From the NCBI GenBank assembly GCA_963828195.1, contig CAWHDT010000008.1:32001-96000 (forward strand): DNA of 64,000 nt, given 5' to 3'. The first letter of the stretch is position 1. Each line of letters starts with the position of its first letter. The DNA is from Candidatus Bathyarchaeota archaeon (GTDB lineage Archaea; Thermoproteota; Bathyarchaeia; Bathyarchaeales; Bathycorpusculaceae). Positions 1 to 10,160 of this stretch are shown piece by piece. The position numbers were made by a program, and so were the translations under genes. The notes under the pieces are model-generated. The model saw nothing but the letters and a program-made list of their open reading frames with translations, ran no database searches and was not told the origin of the DNA.

Positions 1-1
1 A

Positions 2-829
2 CCGCTTGTCGTTGGATACACTTTTTTCTTTTTCTTGGTTGCTATTAAGAAAAGAATAGTCAAGGAAAAATACTACATTATCGTACCCGACTTAATTGAA
101 TTGCAGTCAACAGTTTTATATGGCAAAAAAGGTTGGTTATCCAGTTTTTTTAAGAATTTCCAGTGCTTTCTCGAACGATTTTTACTATCTAACGTAGCAG
201 ATGAAGTTATTTCTTTGGCAGAAAAAAATTTCATGCAAGAAAAATATGGGACAAAGCAAATATGGGAACTTGAATTTCTTGATCATTGCACCGACGTTAC
301 ATCTAGTTCGAACTCTAAAAACATTCGAGTGCTTTACTGCGGCGATTTGGGCAGTAGGAAAGGAGTGCGTATAGAGTTTTTTGAAGAAGTTTTGAATAAT
401 TTGCCTATCTCTTCGGAGTTCTGGTTAGCTGCTAGCGGAATAGATAAAAAAGATCTTAAACGTTTGGAAAAATTCAAGAATTTTAGGTTCTTAGGGCAAA
501 TGGAAATTGAAGAAATGAATAATATTGCGAAACAATGCAACTTCGGGCTCATCTATTACTTGCCAGAAATTCTTTACTACAATATTCTGCCTTCAATGAA
601 ACTTAGTTTTTACATTTCCAATGGATTAACTGTGGTTTCTTCTAATTTGGAAAGAACCAAGCAACTGAATGACAAATATGATTTCGGTTACGTGTTGAAG
701 ACCGAAGAAATGCTGGGATTCTTCAGAAACTTGACGATAGATATGGCCAAACAAAATCACGCACTCCAAGAAAAAATAGCCACTGGACAGTTTCTTTACG
801 AAGCTTTGCAGAATTTAGATCTATCATAA
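2..829 (+). CDS. Glycosyltransferase, GT-B/GT4-like (5' end outside window)
   Basis: Frame is open back to base 2 (PLVVGYTFFFF...). GT-B C-terminal motifs LYCGDLGSRKG, NFRFLGQM and PSMKLSFYISNGLTVVSSN. EPS-locus context. Confidence 0.7.
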   Translation, partial: PLVVGYTFFFFLVAIKKRIVKEKYYIIVPDLIELQSTVLYGKKGWLSSFFKNFQCFLERFLLSNVADEVISLAEKNFMQEKYGTKQIWELEFLDHCTDVTSSSNSKNIRVLYCGDLGSRKGVRIEFFEEVLNNLPISSEFWLAASGIDKKDLKRLEKFKNFRFLGQMEIEEMNNIAKQCNFGLIYYLPEILYYNILPSMKLSFYISNGLTVVSSNLERTKQLNDKYDFGYVLKTEEMLGFFRNLTIDMAKQNHALQEKIATGQFLYEALQNLDLS

Positions 830-1180
830 TAATGTGCTCGTTGATGATCTGCCTTAGAATTTTATTCATGAACCTATTTGAACGGTGATGCTTTTTCGCT
901 AAAGAATTGCCTGCGGATTTTGCTCGGTCAGGAAAATTCCCGATTTTTCTTGCTCAGTCATATTTATATTACAATGTTTTCCGAGAAATAAATGTCAGCG
1001 GCCTTAATTTTTTGGCAATCTGCAAAGCCGTGACCTGCGGAAATTTAAAATAATTGAGTAATTCGGGATAACCCAAATCAATTGGCAATAGTCGGAATCC
1101 CGTTAAAGTCGCCGGCGAAGGTTGTTTGCTTGTCCTATCTGCTTAATAATATGATTATTGCACCATTTACATCTAATTGC

Positions 1181-1811
1181 TTAGCTAAAAACAGACTCGC
1201 TAGAAGCTTTAGGAACATTTTTGATGAATTTGGCGGGGTTTCCCGCCCAAATTTCTTTTGCAGGCACTTTTTTAGTAACAACCGACCGAGCTCCAATCAC
1301 CGCTTCCTCGCCGATCGTGACGCCTTTAAGTATTAGAGCGTCTGCACCAATGAAGACGTGATCTTTAATAATTACAGGCATTGACTTTATGTTTGTGTCA
1401 TTTTGTTTTCGGTCAAAGTAGCTTGGGGAATGAAAATCGCTATCAAAAAATTTTGGTGCCGCCTCCAATGTTAACGTTGCAGCCTATTTGGATGCTATTA
1501 TGAGCTGCTATGATTACGTTAGATAATCCTGCGCCGTCACCTATTTCTATGCTGGCATTCTCTTTCAATATCGCCAAAACTGAACGTGTGCCCCCAATTA
1601 ATCCAGATTCAAAACTTGAATTGAAAATTACGTTTCGACCTAGTTTAATTGATCCATCAGCCAACTTGACAATGAGAATGCGGCCGTAGATTTTTGGGAA
1701 TGTTTCGTAAGTAACTTTATTTTTTGACAGCATCCAACGATTGTTAAGAGCAGAGTAACAATAACTGGGTTTAGCAGCCAGTTGGGAGATTACGTTAAAC
1801 ATATTTGTCAA
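1181..1811 (-). pseudogene. Hexapeptide-repeat (LbH) acyltransferase, split by a +1 frameshift
   Basis: ORFs 1443..1811 and 1181..1468 join as GGGTKIF-DSDFHS if one T is removed from the coding-strand T6 run (A6 at 1445-1450). C-terminal motif VTIGEEAVIGARSVVTK...WAGNPAKFIK. May be a sequencing error. Confidence 0.8.
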
Positions 1812-2249
1812 CCTTCATAATGGCTATTAGAACCATTATGAAGTAGTCTATTAAGAATTTGTTAAAATCCCCTCCCTTGCGATGTTGCCCTTTACTGAAT
1901 GTTCAATTTTTTTAACAATCATTGGTTAAAGTCTTTTGGCTACAAAGCACTGGAGGTTACAAGGAGAACTGGCAAGGAAAATATTCAAGTTTACTTTGGT
2001 ATCTATAATTCGGAGAGCATCTTTCAGAGCCCGTCCGTGTTCTTTTTGTTCTCCGCAGGTTAATAGGTAAGCGTGTAAATGAAGTTGCGGAATCGAATTT
2101 TTGAAAAGTAGATCGCCTTTTCCAAAATTTTGTTGGAAGAACTGTTTGCGGAAAATAAACTCTCGTAGCTTTCCCTTTCGCTCCGAACATTGCCCTTTAA
2201 ATAGCGAAAAAGCTCTAAATGAAGAAACATAACCTTGCAGATATTGTAT

Positions 2250-4466
2250 TTAAGTAAAGTAAGCTGTTGCCGTTTGGTTTGTGTTCATTTCCAATGATGT
2301 ACTCTGAGTGGTCTGGTTTACTCCGTTGATTTTCCATTCATCAAAGCTATAGCCTGTGTTTGGATAGGCCGTGATTTCAACATTTGCTCCATTTGGAAAT
2401 TGCCAATTACCAGTAGTTGTAGTAATATTGCTATTATTGTATGACCAGCCAACTGTACCGGGACCGTTACAATTCTCGGTTAATACATAATATCCAGATA
2501 AACCTGTATTGCCTTGAAGTGTAGTGTTGTAGCTTGCACTCATGCTGATTGGTGTTCCTGTAACTCCTGAGAAATTGCAGTTTGCAATGTAAGTATTGTT
2601 CGCCGGGGAACCTGTATCTGTTATGCCTGAGCTGCAGTCTAAAAATGTGTTGCCTACGAAGTTAACGTCGAAGCCAGCGATAACAACAGGCTCATAAAAA
2701 ACGTTGTTTGTAATTTGTGCTCCGATAGTTTGGGTTGCTGGGTAGGTGCCTAAAGCATAGGCGGAGCATCCAGTTATTGTATTGTTGTTTACGATAGTAT
2801 TGACTGCTCCTTGAATCTGTATACCGTATAGTGAACTGCCCCCGCCGTTTAAGGTGTTACCCTGCATTAGGACATTGTTACTCGTCGATACAATGTTATA
2901 TGGACACAGAGACACTGTGTTGTTTAGAATATTCACATAATTACTGTTTTCAGCGGCTATTCCCCAGTGGCTTGCTCCTGAATACTGCGTGACGTTTTGG
3001 ACGTTGCAGTTTTCAATAGTGCAGTTTGATGCTTGAAAAGTGTTTATGCCGACGTCTTGACCTCCTATGTCTGTGCAAGCGTTTATGATGGAGTTAGATG
3101 AGCTTACATCAAGTGTTATTGGGTTGTCACCATCATTTATCGTGGTGCAATTTTGGACCAGTGAGTTGGCGCAGTTGAGAAGGTCTATTCCCTGCCCAAC
3201 AACGTTTTCTACGACAGCATTTTCCACTATAATACCGCTGTCTGCACCACCATAAAAACCGATTCCAAAATATATGCCAAAGTTGGCGTTCCAAGTACCT
3301 GTGTTTCTGAAATCGCTGAGGCTTCCTTTGTTACCGTTCCAAATTCCGCCATCAACAATAAAATTTTGAACCTGACCGCCAGTTAACATTAACGATATAC
3401 TGTCATTAAGGGCAGCTGGTGGGTTTTGGCTGATTGTTATTCCAGTTGCATTGAAGAAAACGTTACTTTGAGGAATCAAAGTTCCATCGAGAATGATAGT
3501 GCCATTAACTAATGTTACATCACCACCGCCAAGGGAACTAACCCAAGAAATAGCGTTGTTTATTATGGTTGAACTTGAACCTAAAGTGTATAAGCCATCA
3601 TCGCTGAAGTAAGTCCCGTTACCTAATTGCCCGCAATAAACATTTGTCGCAGAACCAACCCCGAGAGATGGCGTGCCAGCACGGAAAGTAACTATACAAC
3701 CGCTGTAATAACAGCCTCCAAGCGTTGTTCCTGAATCAGCTGCACCTGCACTGCTAACAACTTTGTAAAGATCTGCAAAGCTAATATATTCACCACTACT
3801 GCTATTGTCTAAAACGTTACCTGCACCTCCAACCATTTTGAAACTATTAGTAGAATTCGACTGCGCCGCGCCAGCCGCACTACTGCCCAAGCCGAAGATT
3901 CCACCTATCCACAATTCATCAGCTTGCGTAGTTACATTTGTCGTTCCTGTATCTGCGGTTTGAGTCAAACCGCCACTATTGTAAGCGGTTTGGTCAACAC
4001 AATTTGAAACGGCTAAACCAGACCATTCAAACACACTCGCCATTACCTCTGGATAACTGCCATACCCATTATCAACATTTATCGTTATGTTTGTACCGGC
4101 TTCAGGTAAAACTATACCGTACCAAACAGCTACAGACCCCTCATCAGTCGCTGGGCTCCAAATCACATTAACTTGTTTTATAATTGATATAGACGGGCTG
4201 CCTCCCCCGTAATCGATCCCGCCATAACAGAGAATAAGTACATCGCCACAAACTGGACTCTGCGATAGAGCGAGGTTGAAGGCGCCGCTGGCGATATTGG
4301 CTGTTGTTGTCTCTGGACCCTGAACTAATGTTATACCGCCATTGCCAATCACGCCGGAAGATTGAATGTTCACCGAAGTGGTTATCAGCGAAAAACCAAC
4401 TGTCGAAGCAATAAGTAGACATAACGTTAATGCTACAACTGTGTAAACGAAGCTGCGCTTTTTCAT
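2250..4466 (-). CDS. Secreted right-handed parallel beta-helix (pectin lyase-like/NosD-type) protein with a C-terminal InlB-B-repeat-like domain
   Basis: Signal peptide MKKRSFVYTVVALTLCLL (ATG 4466). N/C-rich helix rungs (NCTIENCNVQN, NNTITGC). C-terminal VEITAYPNTGYSFDEW...TATAYF. No C-terminal membrane anchor. Confidence 0.75.
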   Translation of the reverse strand: MKKRSFVYTVVALTLCLLIASTVGFSLITTSVNIQSSGVIGNGGITLVQGPETTTANIASGAFNLALSQSPVCGDVLILCYGGIDYGGGSPSISIIKQVNVIWSPATDEGSVAVWYGIVLPEAGTNITINVDNGYGSYPEVMASVFEWSGLAVSNCVDQTAYNSGGLTQTADTGTTNVTTQADELWIGGIFGLGSSAAGAAQSNSTNSFKMVGGAGNVLDNSSSGEYISFADLYKVVSSAGAADSGTTLGGCYYSGCIVTFRAGTPSLGVGSATNVYCGQLGNGTYFSDDGLYTLGSSSTIINNAISWVSSLGGGDVTLVNGTIILDGTLIPQSNVFFNATGITISQNPPAALNDSISLMLTGGQVQNFIVDGGIWNGNKGSLSDFRNTGTWNANFGIYFGIGFYGGADSGIIVENAVVENVVGQGIDLLNCANSLVQNCTTINDGDNPITLDVSSSNSIINACTDIGGQDVGINTFQASNCTIENCNVQNVTQYSGASHWGIAAENSNYVNILNNTVSLCPYNIVSTSNNVLMQGNTLNGGGSSLYGIQIQGAVNTIVNNNTITGCSAYALGTYPATQTIGAQITNNVFYEPVVIAGFDVNFVGNTFLDCSSGITDTGSPANNTYIANCNFSGVTGTPISMSASYNTTLQGNTGLSGYYVLTENCNGPGTVGWSYNNSNITTTTGNWQFPNGANVEITAYPNTGYSFDEWKINGVNQTTQSTSLEMNTNQTATAYFT

Positions 4467-4728
4467 TCTGACGCAATCCTTAGTTAACCTACTTAAACAA
4501 CATGAAATCAAGTCAGTTCACGATATAAGTTTTTGTTTATTTCTGTTCACCAGATATACAGTACAACAGATATACAAAAAACTATAAGTAAAACTTAGGA
4601 AAAAATTCCATATTTAAACTTAAAAAGAACATCCTTTTACTAATTTTTATGATTAATAAAAACTCACAACGAAAAGCAGTCTTTTATATGATAAAATTTA
4701 AGTAATCAAGAAGTGAAGATGGTAGCAA

Positions 4729-5274
4729 ATGCTAAGTAAAGAAGAAGTACGTTTAGCACTGGTTATAGTCATTTGCTCAGCCATATTAGTATCTTCATGT
4801 GTTTATATATTCGTTTTTGCATCCGAAAAAACCACCTTTTTCCAGTTATCGTTAACTGGTCCTGATGGAGCTATTTTAGCGCCAGAATTAAACGTGGCAT
4901 CAAATGAAAATTGCTCTATGTTGTTAACTGTTCAAAACTCCATGGGCAATAATGAACAGTGCAGATTGGACGCTGAGCTTTCAATTTTAAATTCCACAGG
5001 TAACTTGGTAAATTCCACAGCCCTTAATGGCTACACTTTTAGCATAAACCAAAATGGCACTTGGAACCAAACTTTCACTTGTCAAATTAACAATAGCACA
5101 AATGATAATGTAAACATAATAACATTTGATAATACCTCATTTTCAGCAGGTCAATACAACGAAAATTTAATTTTCCAGTTTAGATTTGACTTATGGGCAT
5201 ATAATGACACTATTGGTACTTACTCTTACACAAATACCTGGGTTTCATCTCCATTCCTTGATCCAACAAGTTAA
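4729..5274 (+). CDS. DUF1616-like protein (one TM helix plus extracellular domain)
   Basis: N-terminal TM followed by EKTTFFQLSLTGPDG, and later LLTVQN and FDLW, recalling the C-terminal half of archaeal DUF1616. Many NxS/T sequons. Confidence 0.5.
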   Translation: MLSKEEVRLALVIVICSAILVSSCVYIFVFASEKTTFFQLSLTGPDGAILAPELNVASNENCSMLLTVQNSMGNNEQCRLDAELSILNSTGNLVNSTALNGYTFSINQNGTWNQTFTCQINNSTNDNVNIITFDNTSFSAGQYNENLIFQFRFDLWAYNDTIGTYSYTNTWVSSPFLDPTS

Positions 5275-5294
5275 ATTATAACATCGGCGATTGA

Positions 5295-6227
5295 ATGTTT
5301 AAAAAAAACAAGTTTCCTTCAGTTTCAATCGTTGTCATAGTTAGAAATATGCAAGGTACAATTAGCAGCTGTTTACAAAGTTTAACAAACCAAAACATAG
5401 CCCAAGATAAATACGAAATAATTGTCGTCGATAACAATTCAACCGACAATACAAAACAAATCATCCAGCAATACCCTGTAAGACTCTTTTCGGAGAAAAC
5501 TGTCGGCAATTTTGGAGGCGCAAGAAATAAAGGCATCAAAGAATCGAGGGGAGCAATAGTAGCCTTTGTCGATGCAGATTGCACTGTTGACAAAGGCTAT
5601 ATCCGCAAAATATTGAATTTTCATTCACTAAATCCCGACATTACCGGCATGTGCGGATCACTAATTAATCCATATCCCAAAAACAAAGTGGCTCGAACTC
5701 TCTGCTACGGCCAATGCGGTTTTTGGTCTCCCAAAGCTCCTAAGCGTCTTGTAAATTTCCTGCCAGGATGCAACAGCAGCTATCAAAAAGCTGCTTTGCT
5801 CGAGGTCGGTATGTTTCCTGAAGAAACTGCATCAGAAGATATTATTCTGGGACAAAAGCTAATAGCGAATGGTAAACGATTACTCTTTGACCCCTCCTAT
5901 CCGATTGTACATAATTTTGACAAATCGCTACAGATCTTGTCCAGAAAAGAAGAACGATGCGGGACAGCACATTTCAACATGTATTCGTCAAAGAAAAATA
6001 TGAATACGGCAAGATTAGCGGGCATAGTGTTTTTTATGCCAATATTCATTGTAGGTAGAACAATGACGGGTTTTCAAAGAATGCTGAAATTCTCGCTTGA
6101 TAAAAAAGATGCGATTCTGCTATTTCATTATTTAGTTTACTCAGGTGTTTTTTGGACAAGAGGATACCAAAAGCAGGCTTTCCGAGTGAGAAAAACTCAA
6201 CTAATTAATCAGAAGGTCGGAAAATGA
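5295..6227 (+). CDS. Glycosyltransferase family 2
   Basis: SIVVIVRN, EIIVVDNNSTD, ARNKG, FVDAD (DxD) and ED motifs. Confidence 0.93.
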   Translation: MFKKNKFPSVSIVVIVRNMQGTISSCLQSLTNQNIAQDKYEIIVVDNNSTDNTKQIIQQYPVRLFSEKTVGNFGGARNKGIKESRGAIVAFVDADCTVDKGYIRKILNFHSLNPDITGMCGSLINPYPKNKVARTLCYGQCGFWSPKAPKRLVNFLPGCNSSYQKAALLEVGMFPEETASEDIILGQKLIANGKRLLFDPSYPIVHNFDKSLQILSRKEERCGTAHFNMYSSKKNMNTARLAGIVFFMPIFIVGRTMTGFQRMLKFSLDKKDAILLFHYLVYSGVFWTRGYQKQAFRVRKTQLINQKVGK

Positions 6228-7306
6228 AGGTAGCGGTACTGTACTGGCAACTTGCCCATTTCGGAGGAGCTGAGAGGGTCGTTCTGTCAATTGCAAAAAA
6301 TTTCAATTCAACAATCTTCACAGGGAATTTCGACGCTTCCAAGACTTACCCAGATTTTCAAAAAACCAAGATTAAAACATATGGGAATCTGTTAATTAAC
6401 AGCCCGTTCAGAATGTATGAAGGCGCCCTTAATTCATTTTTACTGGACTTGAAAGAATTTGACATTATTAATCCTCACAATTTTCCAAACAATTCTGTGT
6501 CCTTACGATATGGTGACCGAACAGTCTGGTATTGCCATGCACCTCTGAGAGCTGTTTATGACCTTAAAGCGTACTATGCCAGTAAATTAAAAGTGGCTCA
6601 GAAGATCTTTTTTTGGTCACACCACTCAATGCTTGAAATAGTTGATAAAATAGCACTACAACGGATTAATAAGATACTGACAAATAGCCATGTTGCTGAA
6701 AAAAGAATAAAAAAGTATTACAAAAGAGACTCAGTTGTGGTATATCCTGGGGTAAATACTGATTTATATAAGAACGAAGAGTTTGGCGATTTTTTTCTTT
6801 TTGTAGGCGGTTTATCGAGATATTCGAACGAGTCTAACAAGAGAGTTGAACTTGCGATTGATGCCATGAGACTTCTCAAGGATAAGCAACTATACGTTGT
6901 AGGGGGAGGTACTCACAAGGCATATTTAGAAGCACATGCACCCAGTAATGTGAAGTTCCTTGGAAATGTCAGCGAAAAATCTCTTGCTGATTTGTATTCC
7001 CGATGTTCAGCAGTAATCTATCCTTCCTTTGATGAAGAATTCGGATATGTACCGGTCGAAGCTATGGCTTCGGGTAAACCTGTAATCGCCTGCAAAGACG
7101 GCGGTGGTGTATGCGAAACAATAATTGATAAGAAAACCGGTTTTATAGTGGAACCTAATCCTGCAGCTATCGCTCTTGCAGCTAATAAGCTAAAAGATAA
7201 AAAACTCCTATACGAAATGAGCGAGAATTCGCTGCAGCGAAGTTTAATGTTCTCTGAAAAAAAGTTTATTGAAGGCATTAAACAGAATTTTGATTTTTCC
7301 CAATAA
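6224..7306 (+). CDS. Glycosyltransferase family 4
   Basis: GGAER, VVYPGV, K/R, and EEFGYVPVEAMASGKPVI (E-x7-E). ATGA overlap with the GT2 gene. Confidence 0.94.
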   Translation: MKVAVLYWQLAHFGGAERVVLSIAKNFNSTIFTGNFDASKTYPDFQKTKIKTYGNLLINSPFRMYEGALNSFLLDLKEFDIINPHNFPNNSVSLRYGDRTVWYCHAPLRAVYDLKAYYASKLKVAQKIFFWSHHSMLEIVDKIALQRINKILTNSHVAEKRIKKYYKRDSVVVYPGVNTDLYKNEEFGDFFLFVGGLSRYSNESNKRVELAIDAMRLLKDKQLYVVGGGTHKAYLEAHAPSNVKFLGNVSEKSLADLYSRCSAVIYPSFDEEFGYVPVEAMASGKPVIACKDGGGVCETIIDKKTGFIVEPNPAAIALAANKLKDKKLLYEMSENSLQRSLMFSEKKFIEGIKQNFDFSQ

Positions 7307-7405
7307 AGCTATAACGTCTAACGATATCATAGTTTCATTTCATTATCTCAGAAAGGTTTACTATTTGCAAAAGTATATGTTTGAACGACATCAGGAAGAT
7401 AGAAA

Positions 7406-7804
7406 TTGAATTCATCTAAAAATCACCCAAATGTGCAACGCCTTTCTATCTATTCGGCTCTTTGGTACATAGGGGTGATAGTAGTTATTGCGCTGTCAAT
7501 TGATTCTATGGTTTTAATATCTCCCACAAATTTTCCTTTAGCAATATTAAGATGGTTCTCTGGTTTAATCATGCTTACATGGGTTCCCGGCTTCTGTTTT
7601 GTAAAATTACTTTTCCCCTTTAAGACAGCAGGAAGCCCCGAAACAATCACCTTAAGCGTCGCATTAAGTATTCTCTTTACGATTTTAATCGCCTTACTCT
7701 GTAACTTCACCCTTTTGGGGCTCTCCGAAACACCGATAATGGGTATTTTATTTGCAGTTTCAGTTACGTTTGCCAGTGCTGCAATTTACAGGCAAAATAA
7801 ATAG
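7406..7804 (+). CDS. DUF1616-like membrane protein (N-terminal 4-TM part)
   Basis: LRWFSGLIMLTWVPGFCFVKLLFP...ETITLSVALSI matches the recalled DUF1616 membrane region. Confidence 0.65.
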   Translation: MNSSKNHPNVQRLSIYSALWYIGVIVVIALSIDSMVLISPTNFPLAILRWFSGLIMLTWVPGFCFVKLLFPFKTAGSPETITLSVALSILFTILIALLCNFTLLGLSETPIMGILFAVSVTFASAAIYRQNK

Positions 7805-7821
7805 CGCGCGCTTGTGGGATT

Positions 7822-8859
7822 ATGGGGAAATATGAAATAGTTATCAATCCCGTTCGTCGAGTCTGGGACTCATTCTATGATCAACTTGGTTCAGGAAACC
7901 TTCAGCAGTCGTACGAGTACCGTGAGGTAGTGAAGGCGTCGGAGCATAGCAAAGAATTTGTAAGTATTTTTGCGATGAGCGAACAAAATCCAGTTGGGTT
8001 AGTTCAATGCGAATATCGAAAATGGCTGGGTGTTGGAGCTAAAGTTGAGGTGGGCGGGAGACATGGATATGGACCCGTGGTTCGCGACATAGAGGACAAA
8101 CAACTTGTTTTTAGAGATTTAGTTTCTGCCATGGAGAAACATTTCATTCACAATAATATCGCTCAAGCTTTTGTTCATCAGTCTGAAGCCAGCCCCATCT
8201 TGGAGTCTTTCGGTTATCGCCAACTTCAATGTTTTAACACCTACAGAATTTATATTGGTGACGGTGATGAGAAACTTTGGAAGAACATTGCTCAAAACAA
8301 AAGAAAAAATATCAGAAAAGCCCAAGAGCGAAATGTTCAAGTGGTTGATGGAGAAAGCTACGAGGATTTTCTTTCTTTTTATCAATTACTAATGGCCAGG
8401 TCAAAACAAGCCCATTTTGATACTCTTTCATTCAGAATTTTGAGATCGTATTTCGAAGTTTTTGGCAAAGAGAAGAAGACGAAAATATTTTTGGCCACTC
8501 TTAATAATCAATCGATTGCAGGGGTTTTCGTGGTTATTCATGGGGATGTTGCATATGCATTAGGCGCGGGTTCAAATGATGTATTCTGGGATGTTAGGCC
8601 CAACGATATTTTGCATTGGAAAGCAATGGAGTGGTGCAGTAAAGCGGGGCTTTCTTTTTATAATCTGGGTACTGTGCCTAATCCTGTTCCTGTTGAGGCG
8701 TCAAAAATGTGGGGGTTATGGAGATGGAAGCGGGAGTGGAATGGCGAACTTAACAAAACGTTTCTGTACTACAAGATTTTTATGCCCAAGTTCACAAAGC
8801 TTGTTTTGACCCCTTACTATAAAATTTATGCTCCTTTGCAGGAGTTGGTTTTCCGTTAA
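7822..8859 (+). CDS. FemAB/FemX-like double-GNAT (amino)acyltransferase
   Basis: LQQSYEY, GP, KRKNIRKA, PNDILHWKAMEW, YNLG and GLWRWK..W.G motifs of the FemAB family. Confidence 0.85.
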   Translation: MGKYEIVINPVRRVWDSFYDQLGSGNLQQSYEYREVVKASEHSKEFVSIFAMSEQNPVGLVQCEYRKWLGVGAKVEVGGRHGYGPVVRDIEDKQLVFRDLVSAMEKHFIHNNIAQAFVHQSEASPILESFGYRQLQCFNTYRIYIGDGDEKLWKNIAQNKRKNIRKAQERNVQVVDGESYEDFLSFYQLLMARSKQAHFDTLSFRILRSYFEVFGKEKKTKIFLATLNNQSIAGVFVVIHGDVAYALGAGSNDVFWDVRPNDILHWKAMEWCSKAGLSFYNLGTVPNPVPVEASKMWGLWRWKREWNGELNKTFLYYKIFMPKFTKLVLTPYYKIYAPLQELVFR

Positions 8860-8875
8860 GTGTTGCTAATGACTG

Positions 8876-10027
8876 ATGGATAGTATTTGGAGTTTAAGGT
8901 TGTTGTTTGAGATTAACGAAATTAGGGATTTTCAGACTTTGAGGCCTGTTTGGAATCAGTTGGTAGAGAATAATGTGCTAGGTAGTAACGTTTTTTCGAC
9001 TTATGAATGGCTTTCTACGTGGTGGAAGCATTTCGGAGGAAACAGGCGACTGATAATTTTGACGGTTGAAGATAAAGGGTCAATCTTGGGCGTGGCACCT
9101 CTTATGTTGTCTAAGTATCGGGCGCCTGGTTTTGGCAGCATTAGGAAGGTGGAGTTTGTGGCAGCATCTGATTCAGATTATAGCAGTTTCATAATTTTGC
9201 GTGAAGACGCAGCCGTTATTAAAGCCATTATGAGCCATCTGTTGCATAACGTGCCTGAATGCGATTGGATTGAACTCAAAGAAATTTCAGAAACAACAGT
9301 TAAATCAAGTATCTTGCAAAAATTTTTATCTAATCCTCCATCAGAGCTCAGTTTAGAGAAGCGGGTTTGCAACTGTTGTCCTTACCTGCCTTTGCCTGAC
9401 TCTTTCGATTATCTGTTAGGACAACTGGATACGAAGATGCTGAAAAATTTAAGAAGACGTTTAAAAGGGCTACGTGAAAATCATCGTGTTGGGTTGATGA
9501 GGTTTGACGAGGCGGGTTTCTCAGTAAATGAAGCTACGCAAATCTTCACCAGGTTAAACTCGGATAGGTGGGAATCAAGTGGTTTGCCTGGCACTTTTGG
9601 AAATAATACTGCTTTTCGCGATTTTCAGTTGGAGTTAGCGGTTAATTTTGCCGAAAATGGGTGGCTGGGGCTTTATTTTCTGATGGTTGATGATGAACCT
9701 GTTTCAGCGGAGTATTCATTTCAGTTTGGTAATAAGGTGTATGCTTACCTTTCAGGCTTTGACCCTGCCTATTCAAAGTATTCGGTAGGTAACCTCATAG
9801 TAATGTTACTCTTAGAGCGATTGATAAAAGAAGGTTTTACAGAGTATGATATGCTGAGAGGTGACGAACCCTACAAACATACTTGGACAAGTACGCACAG
9901 GCAAAATTTCGAGATTAGACTTGTGCGTAAGCGATTGTTGAGCAAATATTATGATTGGGTAACGTGGAGTGAACCTGTGGTTAACTTGACCAACAAACTG
10001 GTTGCGCTTCGTCAATCCAAGTTTTAA
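8876..10027 (+). CDS. GNAT N-acetyltransferase, CelD/BcsL-like (Acetyltransf_6)
   Basis: FSTYEWLSTWWKHF, GVAPL, SDY, YLSGFDPAYSKYSVG and YDMLRGDEPYK..W. Confidence 0.88.
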   Translation: MDSIWSLRLLFEINEIRDFQTLRPVWNQLVENNVLGSNVFSTYEWLSTWWKHFGGNRRLIILTVEDKGSILGVAPLMLSKYRAPGFGSIRKVEFVAASDSDYSSFIILREDAAVIKAIMSHLLHNVPECDWIELKEISETTVKSSILQKFLSNPPSELSLEKRVCNCCPYLPLPDSFDYLLGQLDTKMLKNLRRRLKGLRENHRVGLMRFDEAGFSVNEATQIFTRLNSDRWESSGLPGTFGNNTAFRDFQLELAVNFAENGWLGLYFLMVDDEPVSAEYSFQFGNKVYAYLSGFDPAYSKYSVGNLIVMLLLERLIKEGFTEYDMLRGDEPYKHTWTSTHRQNFEIRLVRKRLLSKYYDWVTWSEPVVNLTNKLVALRQSKF

Positions 10028-10160
10028 GTTGTAAAATTGTCTATTTTTTCAGGATGACGTTTTAAAATGGCTCTCATTAATTAATGGAGCGGATTTCCAA
10101 AATGAATATAGCTCGCCCATATTAAAGAATTGGTGCATTAGGTATAAGGAGTTTATTAAT

